Part shown: piece after piece, positions 37,287 through 49,940 of the stretch | How the letters are laid out: each line of letters begins with the position of its first letter | How positions within the stretch are numbered: the stretch's first letter is position 1 | DNA from: Basidiobolus meristosporus CBS 931.73 | Taxonomy: Eukaryota; Fungi; Basidiobolomycota | Length of the DNA stretch: 64,000 bases | Reading direction: 5' to 3' | Assembly (NCBI GenBank): GCA_002104905.1 | Contig: MCFE01000193.1 | Location: forward strand, 62,001-126,000 | Notes under the pieces: model-generated | Databases searched by the model: none | The model's input: only the letters and a program-made list of their open reading frames with translations | Told to the model about the DNA's origin: nothing | Program-made: the position numbers and the translations under genes

Positions 37287-38685
37287 CTATTTCTTTCGCT
37301 GGTTCAGAGATCGAGACTGGGCTTGGGACTGGGACTGGGACTGGGACTGAGATTGGGATAGGGAAGGTAGCGGAGGCGAGGTCCTCAGTTTGTTGATGAT
37401 TGCTGGGACTTTGTCTTCCTTGAAGTCGCTCCAGAATTCGTAGAGGGTGATCAACTCCTGGGTGATCTCCACGATCTAGGACGTATGAACGAATGATTAG
37501 GTTTTCCAGGAAACACGCCAAGCTGTTGACGAACTTACCTGCTCGATTTCCACCTGTAGGTCCGCAAACCATTGTCGCATATCCCTCTTCTCCACATGCT
37601 CGGGGTACAGGGAGCACATTAAGTAGATGGCGGCCAGGGCGATCATGTGCGGCGGGTACAACAAGCACAGATTAGTGCGATAGCTGTCGTTGACGATAAA
37701 CCTTGGAAACAAAACCCCAGTCGATTAGAAAGGACGTTGAGGTTCGGATCAGAGTGGCAGTAGAAATGCTTACCACGCGGTCTGCAGACAGGACCTTCCC
37801 AGCTTCAAGTCAGCCATATATCTAGGGTAAGATGGAGATGAACGAATCAGCGACGATCCCAGATATACACACGTTTGCCCCGAGGTCACTTACATGGAGA
37901 GTGACCGGTATGGGTGGAAGATGATCAGATGGAACTGGAGATCTTCCAGCAGGTAAAACTCGCACTCGGCCAGAACATGATGATCGTAAGGAAAAGGGAT
38001 GGCCTCCCTGGGCTCTAGAGTATCGGGCCAAGAGTTACCATCTGAGGGGGAGAGCTCAGGTTACCTCGCGGCAATAGCAAACACTTACCCAGCAGCATGT
38101 TCTTGGTCTCGTGGACAATGGTCCGAATGTGATGGGGAGATTCCTCAATCTTACACGCCAGATACATACACGTCGATGCCACCAGGTACGGATCGATCAC
38201 ACGAAAACTATTTCTAAACAAAGTGTAACACCCAAGTAAGCAACCGAGGGCCAATACCAAAGCGACCTTGTTCGAGTGATAAAGTCCCCTTACTTGGCGT
38301 AGAACCGTTTGAAATACACCAAGGCGGTGGCGGTGACCTGTTGACGTAATTGCAGCCTTTTACCTAGCTTGTGCATCACTGTCGAAGTCGCATTAGACTC
38401 TATAGAGAAAGGGCTGGGCCAGCGCCAAACCTCGTCCACGCACGGGCCCCGCCTAACCAAGTGGAAACGAAGACTCACGGTTCGCGAAATAGATCTCTAT
38501 CCGGAAAATATCCGCCGCCTCGGCGTACTGCAGGTCCTCCAGCTTGTTTTTCTGCAGGGAAGTGCGATCTAACTTCCAGTATTTACTAGGAACGCGTCGA
38601 GAAGATACGATTAGAGCCTGGTTCGCAACAAAGCATGAGTTGAAGAGGAATACAATTGTGAGGAATCCCAGTAGTTCGCCGCCAT
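37287..38685 (-). CDS. SSN8: Cyclin C (Mediator CDK8-module cyclin), 8 exons
   Basis: Spliced product MAANYWDSSQF...LGKRLQLRQQVTATALVYFKRFY...YLACKIEE...ECEFYLLEDL...IFHPYRSL...VNDSYRTNLCLLYPPHMIALAAIY; canonical GT-AG introns. Confidence 0.95.
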
Positions 38686-39071
38686 CGTTGTCTGGCTTGT
38701 AGTTGAGCGTGGAAAGGGTTAGGGGCGTTAAGTTGGTTGATGTGGGACAATCCCCAAGAACAATGTGATTCGCATGGAGCTTGCTCACTGGAACGGAATT
38801 GATCGCAGTTAGGGTTGGGTTGCTAAGCAAAATGATTAAATTCCGGCCAGATTTGATGATTATTCGGTGCAGATGAGAGTAGATCTACGAGCCAGCAAAA
38901 ACTGGCAAAAACTGGCAAAAACGGGCGACAACGCGCAAAAACCAGGGGTCATCACCAAAAAAGGCGAAGTAAAAAAAAGAAAAATACCCTGGACTGGGAT
39001 GGAAGTGGATCTAACAAAAGGGGTGGGCGAGGACTGGTGGATCCTTCTCCTTTGCAACCATCGAGATTAAG

Positions 39072-39456
39072 ATGTCTGCCGAACAAGCTATTGTCTACGC
39101 TGCCCTCATCCTCCAAGACGACGGTGTTGAGATCACCGTAAGTTCTTGATTCACCACCATGCTGCATCGGTGTTCCCCGTTTACTGACTGTCTCCCTTTA
39201 GGCTGATAAACTCACCGCCCTCACCAAGGCTGCCAACGTCGAAGTCGAGCCCGTCTGGGCCTCTCTCTTCGCCAAGGCTTTGGCCGGCAAGAACCTCGGT
39301 GACTTGTTGATGAACGTTGGTTCCGCTGGTGCCGCTCCCGCCGCTGCTGGTGGTGCTGCTGCCGCCGGTGCTGCTGAAGATGCTCCTGCTGCTGAGGAGA
39401 AGGAAGAAGCCAAGGAAGAGTCTGATGACGATATGGGCTTCGGTCTCTTCGATTAA
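39072..39456 (+). CDS. RPP1: 60S acidic ribosomal protein P1 (exons 39072-39137, 39202-39456)
   Basis: [14 protein letters not shown]|ADKL...WASLFAKAL...Ala-rich hinge...[13 protein letters not shown]. Confidence 0.97.
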
Positions 39457-39820
39457 GCAGATGGTTGTATTCATCCCGATCTCTTAACCAACAAACCAAC
39501 AATAAATATTGCCTTTGTGCTATTCACGCGTCTCGCAATCGCCCTTTGTTGCTCATTTTCCTCGTTCCTCAATGGATGGGTGGAGTCGGAAAAGATTCAG
39601 GCTGCAACACCAATGCCAACTCCATTACACCTCGCTAGACCAATCCTTCATCGAGATCGAAGTCCAGAGTAGATCCCGATCTTTTCGGGAAATACGGAAA
39701 TCGGCTGATCTCGGTTAGTTGAAAGCTAAAATCCCCCCTTTTTAAGTGTCAGCTGGTTACTCTCTAATACCGGTGGACAGCCGACACGTTGAACAGACCG
39801 CCTCCCACTAGACAACGAAC

Positions 39821-40593
39821 ATGTTAGAGAACTGGTCGTACACGGACATCTTTTTCCTACTGGCTCTTCCTGTTCTGCTTCATTTCACCTTGACGAAGCT
39901 GTGGTTTTCCAAATACGCAAAGTCCGGCAAGAAGGTAAGATTCAGTGGGAAAGACCAGGTAGTTGAGCACGAGGCCGGGGAAGAGAAGGAGGGCGAGACC
40001 GCCGAGGAGAACAAGAGCTCGGATGGGAATGAGGCTACCAAGTAAGTGTCCCCCCCCGGAACCTCCCTGTGAACCTTCTTCCCTGACAATTCCAACCGAA
40101 AGTGAGAAGAAAAAGCGAGAGTTTCCTCCGTTGAGGCCACCCGAGGATTACCCGTTCACCGCGAAGGAGCTGGCCAAATTTGACGGCTCCGATCCGGAAC
40201 TCCCGGTCTATGTAGCCATCAAAGGAGTGGTGTTCGATGTCACTTGGAACAGAACCGCCTACGCACCGGGAAGCGGTTACCATGTGTTTGCCGGCAAAGA
40301 TGCCTCCAAAGTAACCCGCTTCTCCCATTTCCACTGCGGACAAAACGACTCATCCGTATTTCCTAGGCACTTGGAATGAGCTCACTAAAAGCCGAAGATT
40401 GCACTGCAGACTACAGCAGCCTGAATGACAAGCAGGTAAACAACCACCTTTCCTTTTCCTTTTCTTTGGGTTGAAACCCTCGCTGACCAACCCCTACTCT
40501 AACCTAACTGGTAAACAGAGAGAAACCCTAGATGGCTGGTACAAATTTTTCATGAAGCGGTACAGTATTGTTGGTCGGGTTACTCAAAACTAG
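39821..40593 (+). CDS. MAPR/Dap1-like cytochrome b5-like heme/steroid-binding protein, 4 exons
   Basis: N-terminal TM segment, then FTAKELAKFDGS...VYVAIKGVVFDVT...YAPGSGYHVFAGKDASK|ALG...LDGWYKFFMKRYSIVG; three GT-AG introns restore the frame. Confidence 0.9.
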
Positions 40594-42145
40594 AGAAATT
40601 TCGAATCACGCACTTGTGAAGCGACAATAAAGCACCCTCCTGAATAAAGTGGACTCTTTAAAATGACGCAGCGGTTGCATGCCGGACAATGGTCACTTCT
40701 TTAACAGAGCGGAGGCATGTTTCGGCCAAACCATAGTCATGCTGCCATATAGTTTGTTGGATACTGACCATAGATCAGATTGCTGCTGCTATAGTACGCC
40801 CACTACGCAACTAGTTGTCAATATTTAGCAATTTGTTTAAAATAGCAAACCAATTCGGCATGTACACATCCAATAAAAAACGGATATTTTGGATGGAATT
40901 TTTAGGGTGTGAATTGTCATCAGGGCTAGGGTTTAGGCGGGATTTTCTTGGTCATATCACTGTGACATTGCCTTACCAGGGATGATTTTTTTGGTGAGTG
41001 ACAGTTACGGTGAAATCCAGGGAACCAATGCTATTGGCCACCTCCCTGTTGAAGAATTGTTAATCCTTCTGATTTAGGTTGGCGATCCCACTAATTCACC
41101 CATCTATGCTTGGATATTAATGGTGCCAGGTTCGCGGATATTGACATAGGTATGCGCAATACTGGCAAATTCATCTAGAGTTTAAAGAGGGACTTTTACT
41201 ACAAATATCCCTGGAGCAGTCTTAAAGGCCAGTAATGTAGATAATTTAATGGAAATCAGATCAATTAGCGGATTCCTTGACAATCTATTCCAAAAGCGGG
41301 CTCAACCAATCAACAAAAGTCCAGCACTCGATTTTGTACAAGGGTGGTCAAGACCCTACGCATAGAATCAACAACATTGTGGTGGATATTGGTTGCCATC
41401 AATCATGCAACTGGCTGGCCAATTGTACGAGCAGCAATGAATCCAGAGTACCAAGAGATACGGCAAAATCACTCTTATGGGGCATCAGAAATAAAGATGA
41501 CATGCGTAAACGTACCGAACGAGAATTGGAGAAATTAAGACACCACCGCCAAGTAGCGGAAGAAGCTCAGAAGCAGGTAGCAATGAAAATGCAACTACAC
41601 TGAAACCAAGCAGTAAAAGAACGGAAGGATGAGCTGAAGAAAGGAGACCAGGCATGAATCCGGAATCAAGCGCGAATGAAATTTATGTCAGTTTGACTGG
41701 GTCCCTTCAAGATTACTCGAAAGATGCAGCTTGGAACATGTCAGCTAAAGGAACAGAATGGTCAAAATTTATAGGAATTATATCACGGCAATTGCCTTAC
41801 AAAGGCATCATACGACATACCAAGCCGAAGAAGAGCGAATCCAGGAGAATCCTCAAACTTAAGAAGGGAAGAATGTCAAAGACAATACGAATCAAAGGCA
41901 ACAAGTGAAATATGCACTGATTATATGAAGGCTGATCCGAAACAACACTATATAAGCATCTAGATAAGGGTCCAGTATTACACAGATATAACACTACCAC
42001 AGCTCTGGAGCAGAACAGAGTCGTATCACTTTAGTAAAATAAAGTGTGTCTATTAAACATGTCGAAATTATAAATGGACGCTGGAACATTCAAGACAGGC
42101 TTCTTTTGGATACTTGATGGATCAGATTCCATAATTTTCCAGATT

Positions 42146-42217
42146 GGCTCAATGGTCTAGTAGTATGATTCCTCGTTCGGGTCGAGGAGGTCCCGGGTTC
42201 AATTCCCGGTTGAGCCC
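42146..42217 (+). tRNA. tRNA-Pro(CGG), intronless
   Basis: Acceptor stem GGCTCAA/TTGAGCC; anticodon stem CCTCG/CGAGG with loop TT-CGG-GT; GGTTCAATTCC T-arm; downstream TTTT. Confidence 0.96.
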
Positions 42218-42761
42218 GGTTCACTTTTGCCACTGTTTCATGGAAAGCATCTCCAGCCAGCGCATTGAAACGAATCCCACGGATGGTCCACTTTCTGGAA
42301 CACGTGGTGGGTGGAGATTCCAGGTGCCGAGTAGTTGTTGAACAGATTCATTCTGGAGGAGAGTTTCCGCAGTGTCGAGTGCCTTCGCTTCCCTCTACCA
42401 TGGTAGGGATCCTTCGGGGAATGGTTGGACTCCCATATGTACCTGGATGTCCGTACTTCGACGGGCTCCCGTTTCGAGAAAAAGATCCTCCCCCGTAGCT
42501 CCGCAATTTCATCTAAGGCTGGATGACTGGCACCTTCTCAGAAGCCAATCTCTCATTCAATATATGTATAAACACGCTCTAGGCAGTCATTCCGTTGACT
42601 ACAGATTACAGATTGAAGAATAGAGGTGAAGCCACATACTTGGTGGGTTTAAGACTTTCATCTTCGGCAATAACTCGGTAGTTTTACCAAACGGCACATT
42701 GGTGATCAGGAGACTGACTACGCCGATGGTTTTTTTTGTGGGTGGGGGTTGTCGTATGTGA

Positions 42762-42907
42762 GATTTGCCCTTACCACTCGTGTCTACCCAACACTTCATA
42801 GCTCAACCCAAGTCACTCTGAACCTGGCTAAGGGCCAGAGCGTCTTGGTTGAGGAGATGACTCTATGGCCTATAACTGATCGTGCTTTTCTAAACCGCGA
42901 CAAATAA
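42762..42907 (+). pseudogene. 3' remnant of the GH32 gene
   Basis: Matches 56062-56207 (FALTTRVYPTLHSS...FLNRDK*). Confidence 0.92.
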
Positions 42908-43327
42908 ACCAGAATATCTTTTGACTTGGTCATTCCCCGCCACAATGCAATGCCTCAGATTAAGCAATCAATTTTAGTTTACACAGGCTGTAGCGCATTT
43001 TGTGTGATTTGCTGGAGGGAATGCATAATTGCGACTGACCAAAAATAGATCGTGTCCCTAATTTAGGTGCAATAGTGGACGCAACGGCACAAATAAGGCT
43101 GGATCAGTGTCGGCAACCAGTTCCAACCTTGAACACTTGGGTCAAATCAACGAGTGACAACACAAGCATGAGATCGGACGCGCCAGGAAGAACCTTCGAT
43201 GAATTAGCGCATCACCATATGGAGGTAGATTGTACTGAACCTTCGATATTATTAATGGTTCACCGGCTCTATAAAAGATTCCTTGCTGCACCCACCTAGT
43301 ATCATTACCACTACCACTACCATTACC

Positions 43328-44008
43328 ATGAATTCTGAATTACGCGCCAAAGCCTTCCTTTTCGACCTGGACGGCACGCTAGTCAATACAATCGCCGCTG
43401 CAGAGAGGCAGTACACCATCTGGGCCACTAAACTCGGGATCGACCCCAAGCCGGTGGTTGAATACTGCCACGGGGTCAGAGCAATCGAGGTGATGCAAAA
43501 GTTCGCACCCAAGGGGGCGAAGATCACCATTGACGATGCCAACGAGTGGGAAACTGGGTTCAGCAATGATTCGGAAGGGGTCTTCGTACTCCCGGGCATA
43601 CCAGAGCTCCTGAAGAAGCTTCCCAAACACCGCTGGGCTATTGTTACTTCGGGCGTCCGTGCCATGGCTGAAGCAAGACTACGGCAAATGGATCTTCCTG
43701 TTCCTGACGTATTCATCACAGCAGACACCGTAACCCATGGAAAACCTCACCCCGAAGGATACTTGGCTGCCGCATCCAAGCTTGGTTTCAGGCCCGACGA
43801 ATGCATCATCTTCGAGGATGCACCGGCCGGAATCGAGGCAGGAGTTAGCGCCGGGATTCGCACTATCGGTATCACCACTAGCTACAAGCCAGAAACCCTC
43901 CACAAAGCGAATGTTCTCATCGATGATTATCATGACATTCTGGTGGAAAAGTCGGCCAACGAGGAGGAGTTTGAAATCAAGGTGCTAAGAAACAGAAGAT
44001 CGGATTAA
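43328..44008 (+). CDS. HAD-superfamily sugar/glycerol-phosphate phosphatase (GPP1/DOG1/YfbT-like), intact, intronless, 226 aa
   Basis: Motif I FDLDGTLV, motif II IVTSG, GKPHPEGY and motif IV FEDAPAG; TATAAAA upstream. Confidence 0.9.
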   Translation: MNSELRAKAFLFDLDGTLVNTIAAAERQYTIWATKLGIDPKPVVEYCHGVRAIEVMQKFAPKGAKITIDDANEWETGFSNDSEGVFVLPGIPELLKKLPKHRWAIVTSGVRAMAEARLRQMDLPVPDVFITADTVTHGKPHPEGYLAAASKLGFRPDECIIFEDAPAGIEAGVSAGIRTIGITTSYKPETLHKANVLIDDYHDILVEKSANEEEFEIKVLRNRRSD

Positions 44009-44338
44009 ATCGCAAACCGCAAACCACAAACCACAAATCACTAATGGTACATCGTGCATCGCAAATCCCCAAGTAAATAGAGTCATATGGCGGCTTCCTA
44101 CTGGCCGGAATCAATTTTGTGGCCAGATCAAGATTCATTGATCCATGATGAAAACCAAATTAAAGGACAAGGCATTGCTTGTGCTGATTAGTATTTATCA
44201 TCGGAATATTGTGCCTAGCCACTCTGGCGGACTCCAGGGTAAGCGATTTCACTGACTGAAACTAGGCACGCGGTAATCGATATTGATGGGTGTAAAGGCT
44301 TGCAAATGGCTCTCTCTTCCACGGAGTATCTATCTTGC

Positions 44339-44402
44339 GACTCCGAAGCAAAGAGCCTCGAAAACATGGTAGGAGGACGCGAGGCTGCTGCCCACAATCC
44401 GG
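44339..44402 (+). pseudogene. Degenerate Con-6-like relic
   Basis: GACTCCGAAGCAAAGAGCC...GAGGCTGCTGCCCACAATCC aligns with the 5' third of the Con-6 CDS; no start codon. Confidence 0.65.
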
Positions 44403-45167
44403 CAAGAAACGCTCGGTAATTTTATCAAAAGAGTAGAGTTACCACAAGGAATCTAAGGGATCAGGATGCAAACACGGGTGTGCTGAAGAGCGATGAAATG
44501 GGTTGTTCACTTGGAATAGAAAGTGCAACAAGTACAAGCGAAATCGTAAAAATCGTGAAGAATTAGTGCAAGCAGTTGCAACCAAAATTCGGACGGACAT
44601 GGGGGGTTGTTGTTGATACTACGTCACTTGTTCCTCGCCCCAAGTTACAACGAATAGAACCCCTTGCTGAGAGTCCTTATTTGAGCTACATATATATACA
44701 TAAGCATCACGTGCGCAATATGGTTGGTAAGCCAGCTGATATGACTGTGTGGCATATGTGTGGAGGTGATGTGATGTGATGTGATGGCATGAAGAGTAGG
44801 AGTCGGACTGCACCTGGAGGAAAACTCCATCGTTGGCTAATCTAGTGGTACATCACTCTACTTGTCTGAGCATAGTCACCACCAGATGCGAGTCGAGTTT
44901 CCCGTATGGACAGCGGATCGCTGCCCACGTCATTCTAGCTAACTGAGTCAAATGCGAACTTTAACTGAGGTTAGATACGCAATGTTCTATAGCGGTGATG
45001 TCAAAGGGAATAGGTACTGAGCATACAAGGCTGCCTCCGTTCTTTGGCTGAAACTAAACACGCAACACTCGATTTCCGTGATGTCATAGGAAATATCGAA
45101 CGAGTACATAAACTTGGCACAGATCTCCGGGCACTGCAGAGTATCTATCTCATAACTCGGAAACAAC

Positions 45168-45353
45168 ATGGAATACGAAGGAAAGAACCCCGGGAACGTT
45201 GAAGGAGGATTCAAAGCAGCCGCGCACAACCCCAACGTCTCAGCCGAGAAGCAACAAGAGTCGCTAGATAAGGCATCCCAGATCCACGAAGAACGCACTG
45301 GCAAACCGCTGAAGGAGCAGACCATTGAAAAGGAATCCAAGGATTCGAAATAA
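45168..45353 (+). CDS. Con-6-like conidiation hydrophilin, copy 1 (61 aa)
   Basis: KNPGNVEGGFKAAAHNPNVS resembles the Con-6 family motif (NPxNVxxGxKAAxxNPxVS); small, charged, no Cys/Trp. Confidence 0.85.
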   Translation: MEYEGKNPGNVEGGFKAAAHNPNVSAEKQQESLDKASQIHEERTGKPLKEQTIEKESKDSK

Positions 45354-46062
45354 AGATAAGGCACGCTGCAATATGTGCGCTGATTAGGGAAGAAATACAA
45401 AGGGATTCATTCGGATTCTGGAGATCTAGGCGTCCATCGTTTTGCTTGGTTCCTCGATGATGTAATAAATACAAAAGTACGCACCTTTTTATTAGCACTT
45501 TCAAACCTTCTGGTATCATAGCTCTGTGTCCAAGTGAACATCCAAGCCAAAGCCAGGCATGAGCATCATTCAAATCTAAAGTGTTATCGTGTTGGATTAT
45601 GAGTATAGGCGATAATTAATGCACTTATACTGTAGAGCGCTTATATCGAACTTCAATCAGATGCATGATATCGTTGTTAAAGCATACTGCCCACGGAGAA
45701 ATAAAGAGGAAGAGAGGATGAATAACGCACCAATAGGCCACAGATATCAATCGCACTCCAGGCCAGATGCGGCATTCTTATTCATTTTTTCCGATTATTG
45801 CACTTGTTGACCTCGATCATACATCGCGTATCGGTCAAATCCGATCAGACAAACCGTGGCGCAAATGATTTAAGATACCAAAGACTACGCTGATCTGCAC
45901 TGTGGATATCGATCGAATCAAGCCGATGGCATAATGTCGCTGAATGAATCTAGTCATGAAGCACTCATCATTCATGATGTCACCAGAACCGCACGTCGAG
46001 TATATAAGTCTACAAAAGGTTTCCTGCTCTACAGAACATCTATCCAGCAACCCAGAAACACC

Positions 46063-46248
46063 ATGGACTACGAAGGAAAGAACCCCGGAAATGTTGAGGG
46101 AGGCTTCAAGGCTGCCGCCCACAATCCCAACGTCTCAGCCGAGAAGCAACAAGAGTCACTAGAGAAGGCATCCCAGATTCATGAAGAGCGTACCGGCAAA
46201 CCGCTGAAGGAGCAAACCATTGAAAAGGAATCCAAGGATTCAAAATAA
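46063..46248 (+). CDS. Con-6-like protein, copy 2
   Basis: MDYEGKNPGNVEGG...; TATATAA at 46001. Confidence 0.85.
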   Translation: MDYEGKNPGNVEGGFKAAAHNPNVSAEKQQESLEKASQIHEERTGKPLKEQTIEKESKDSK

Positions 46249-47047
46249 ACCTCAGATACACTACGAAGTGTACATTGAAATCTCAGTTGCCATTTCGCTT
46301 GTGTCTTGACCAGAGAGGCTGGCTTTCGCCCACAAAAGAAATGGGAGGCTTGAACTAGTAGGGAACAATAGAATGATGAAATCACTTGTCTAGTGCTCAA
46401 TCAAGCCGAAGTGCCTTCGAGTTCCCAGAACCAATGGAATACGAAAATATGAGTAGCTCTCACATATTTGGTTGTGTACTTGGAGTTTAGTGAGGTACAA
46501 CTACAATGCATTCTGATGCGAATACAGCTGCTCATGGTAACCTTGGATGGTGAAGGCCCTGGTGATGCAATTACTAGGCGTTTATATCAGGGAGAATAGG
46601 TTGTTGCAGATGGTGATCCACGTAAATTAAGTATGTGAAGCCGAGTGTGAAGCACCAGCCCAGCCACAATCTTGTATAAGATTAGGGAGTCATCAATAGA
46701 GACTCCAACTGATTTGGCATGGTCATCTCGTTGATCGTTACTATGTTTGACCTTGATCATCAATTGTGTACCTGACATAATCATCTCATCAATCGTGTAT
46801 TTATTAGTTCTGATCATGACGTTCCTTCGAAACAGTGGGTGATGATGCAGCTCAGTTATATCCCGCAGTCGTCGTGATCTTTACACTAAGGATCAATCGT
46901 TCAAACCGTCGTTGACAAGGATCAGACACTGAACCCATGACACTATCAAGACCAGATTCTGATGCCATAGGGAGTATTGTTCGTGTATAAAAGTCAGTCA
47001 AAGATATCATCTACCACAGATCATTTCTCTAATAGCTCAAAAACATC

Positions 47048-47233
47048 ATGGAATACGAAGGAAAGAACCCCGGAAATGTTGAAGGAGGATTCAAAGCCGC
47101 CGCCCACAATCCCAACGTCTCAGCCGAGAAGCAACAAGAGTCACTAGAGAAGGCATCCCAGATTCATGAGGAACGTACCGGCAAACCGTTGGAGGGGCAG
47201 ACCATTGAAAAAGAATCCAAGGATTCAAAATAA
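47048..47233 (+). CDS. Con-6-like protein, copy 3
   Basis: Intact 61-aa ORF with TATA ~60 nt upstream. Confidence 0.85.
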   Translation: MEYEGKNPGNVEGGFKAAAHNPNVSAEKQQESLEKASQIHEERTGKPLEGQTIEKESKDSK

Positions 47234-48231
47234 AACTCAGATACACTACGAAGTGTTCATTGAAAATTCAATTGCCATACTCATGTTAAAGCTCTAGAGG
47301 TAGGCCTTTTCCCGCAAAAGAAATGGGAGTCTTGATCGAGTGCGAACGATGCAATGCTCAAATCACCATCATAGTACCCAATCAAACCGAAGAGTTTGGG
47401 AGTGTTGAAAACAATGGAGTACTAAAATATGAGCAACCCTCACGTGGTTCATTGTGTATCTGGGGCTTGGTGAGTTACAACCATAATGCATTCTGATACG
47501 AATGCAACTGTTCATGAATACCTTGAAAAGTGAAGGTTTCGTTAGCGCAATCACTGAGCACATATCAACGAGAGTAAGGTATCACCGATGAGTATGCAGG
47601 AAAATTCATGTAAGCAAAGCCAAGTATGAAGTACATCCTCCTCCAAAGCTTATCCATTAATGACTACTCTAGCTGAATTTGTTCGTCCATTATGTTTACA
47701 TTCTAGAGGGTGAAGGCTTGCGGTGGTGCAATCACTTGGCACATATGCTAATGGCTGTAGGATATCGCCGATGGGAGCCCATGAAGATTTAGGTAAGTCA
47801 ATTATGAAATACAACCCACTGCAATGCTTGGTCATCAATGGTGACTCCAGCTGGATTTGTTCGCCCATTGCTTCCAAGTTCAATAAGGTTACAGCATTCC
47901 CTCGATCTGAGATTGTGGTAGTTTACACCTTAAATGATGTTGTGATGCGAGTGAAGTGTCATCCATTGAGACCCTTTGTGGGTATAATCTTTTCATCGAT
48001 CGTGTACTTGTTGATTCCGATCGTCGTGCTCCTTCGATCTGAGGGGCGCTGACATGACCTTGTTGATGTCCGCAGTCATCGCGATCATCACGATCTGTAC
48101 CCTGGGAATCGATCAGTGCAAACGTCTGACGAAGACTAGACATTGATGCCATAGGGGGTAAGGTTCATGTATATAAGCTTGTCGAAAGTACCTTCTTCCA
48201 CACATCATTTCTCCAATAACTCAAAAGCATC

Positions 48232-48417
48232 ATGGAATACGAAGGAAAGAACCCCGGAAATGTCGAAGGAGGACTCAAGGCTGCCGCTCACAATCCCAAC
48301 GTCTCAGCCGAGAAGCAGCAGGAGTCACTAGAAAAGGCATCTCAGATCCATGAAGAGCGTACCGGCGAGCCGTTGAAGGATCAAACTATTCAAAAGGAAT
48401 CCAAGGATTCAAAATAA
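48232..48417 (+). CDS. Con-6-like protein, copy 4
   Basis: Intact 61-aa ORF. Confidence 0.85.
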   Translation: MEYEGKNPGNVEGGLKAAAHNPNVSAEKQQESLEKASQIHEERTGEPLKDQTIQKESKDSK

Positions 48418-49140
48418 AGACAAAATACGCTCTAACGTGCGTGCTGAATAATGAAAGAACTTGGGTCAATATTGGCAATGTGAACCTTCCTAATTACCAA
48501 AAAAATAAGAGTCGTAACTGGAAATAGCAGTCTTGCCAAAGAGGGGAATTCATTGAAAGGGGTTCAGTAGGGTTCTGGAGACGTAGGCTCCTCGATCATA
48601 AGATGGATGCAACTCAACGGATATTTTACGAATCCTTTCAAACCTCTGGGTCTTATAATTAACAATGTCCAAGCGGGTGCCTGGGACAAAAAAGTACGCC
48701 AATATCGTGTAGATATGAGGAATAATCGTGCTGAAGTAGAGACAAGTATTTACACATGTAGTCAAGTACCAATTAGGTGAAAGATATTATTCTCAATGCC
48801 ATATTTATAGAGATGAATAATGCACCAATGGGGTGCAGAAATCAATCATACTTTGGACCAGATGCGGCATTCTTATTTATTATTTCCGATTATTGTACTT
48901 GTTGACCTCGATCATGCATCGCGTCTTGGTCAAATCTGATCAGACAAACCGTTGCGTAAATGATCGAACATACCCAAACCTATTCCGATCTGCGCTGTGG
49001 ATATCGATCGTGTAAAGCCGACAGTATAATGACACGAAGTACTCACCATTCATGATGTCATCAGGGCCATAGGCTGAGTATATATTCTTGGGAAAGGCTT
49101 CCTCTTCTGCAGAATATCTATCCAGCAACCCAGAAACACC

Positions 49141-49326
49141 ATGGAATACGAAGGAAAGAACCCCGGGAACGTTGAAGGAGGACTCAAGGCTGCCGCACAC
49201 AATCCCAACGTCTCAGCCGAGAAGCAACAAGAGTCACTAGAGAAGGCATCCCAGATTCATGAAGAGCGTACTGGTAAACCGTTGGAAGGGCAGACCATCG
49301 AAAAGGAATCCAAGGATTCAAAATAA
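49141..49326 (+). CDS. Con-6-like protein, copy 5
   Basis: Intact 61-aa ORF. Confidence 0.85.
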   Translation: MEYEGKNPGNVEGGLKAAAHNPNVSAEKQQESLEKASQIHEERTGKPLEGQTIEKESKDSK

Positions 49327-49940
49327 AATTCATGCACACTGTCAAGTGTACCTCAAAACTTCAGTTACTATGTTACTTGCGTGGAATAAATAAATACGTG
49401 TATCCTTCGCTTAGTTAATTGTATATTTGGGGCTTGGGGAGTTACAACCACAATACATTCTGATGAGAATGCAGCTGCTCATGATAACCTTGGAAAGTAA
49501 GAGCTTCGGTAGCATAATCAATTGGCATATATCAATGACAGTATAGCCGATGGGAATCCATGTAAATTCAAGTATGCGAGGTCAAGTGGCATGCACCAGA
49601 TTAGCTACTGTCCTATATGAGACTTAGGAGTCATCAATTGAGACTCTAGTTGACTTGAGTTAGTCATCTCATCGATCATGGCACTAATTGACCTTGATCG
49701 TCGATTGTGTGCATGTCATAGTCATCTCATCGATCGTGTATTTATCAGTTCTGATCACAACGTTCTTTCAATCTGGTAGGTGCTGATGCAGCTCTGTTAT
49801 ATCCCGCAGTCGTCAAGATCTTTGAAGCATGGATCGATCGAAGATCAGGCGCCGATGCCATAGAGAGTAAGGCTCGTGTATATAAACCAGTCAAAGGTAG
49901 CTTATCCCACAGATCATTACTCTAATAACTCAGAAACATC

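Larger units (their letters stand above)
42762..45357 (+). repeat. Segmental duplication, left copy (right copy 56062-58676)
   Basis: Colinear near-identity covering the GH32 tail, HAD gene, Con-6 relic and first Con-6 copy; offset ~13.3 kb. Confidence 0.95.

Noticed and set aside
37317-37352. (GGGACT)n repeat
   Set aside because: Encodes the SQ-repeat tail of cyclin C; ordinary low-complexity coding sequence.
41277-41908. ORFs of 108 and 84 aa upstream of the tRNA
   Set aside because: No recognisable motif and no consistent splice model; possibly a decayed element, but unsupported.
43283-43327. MLHPPSIITTTTTIT extension of the HAD ORF (also 56583)
   Set aside because: Starts at TTG just after the TATA box and spans an ACC/ACT repeat in the 5' UTR; the true start is the downstream ATG.
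246-45573. Numerous antisense or alternate-frame ORFs over TEs and genes (e.g. 19832-20245, 35935-36411, 43252-43728, 44987-45400)
   Set aside because: Shadows of the real coding strand or of duplicated DNA.
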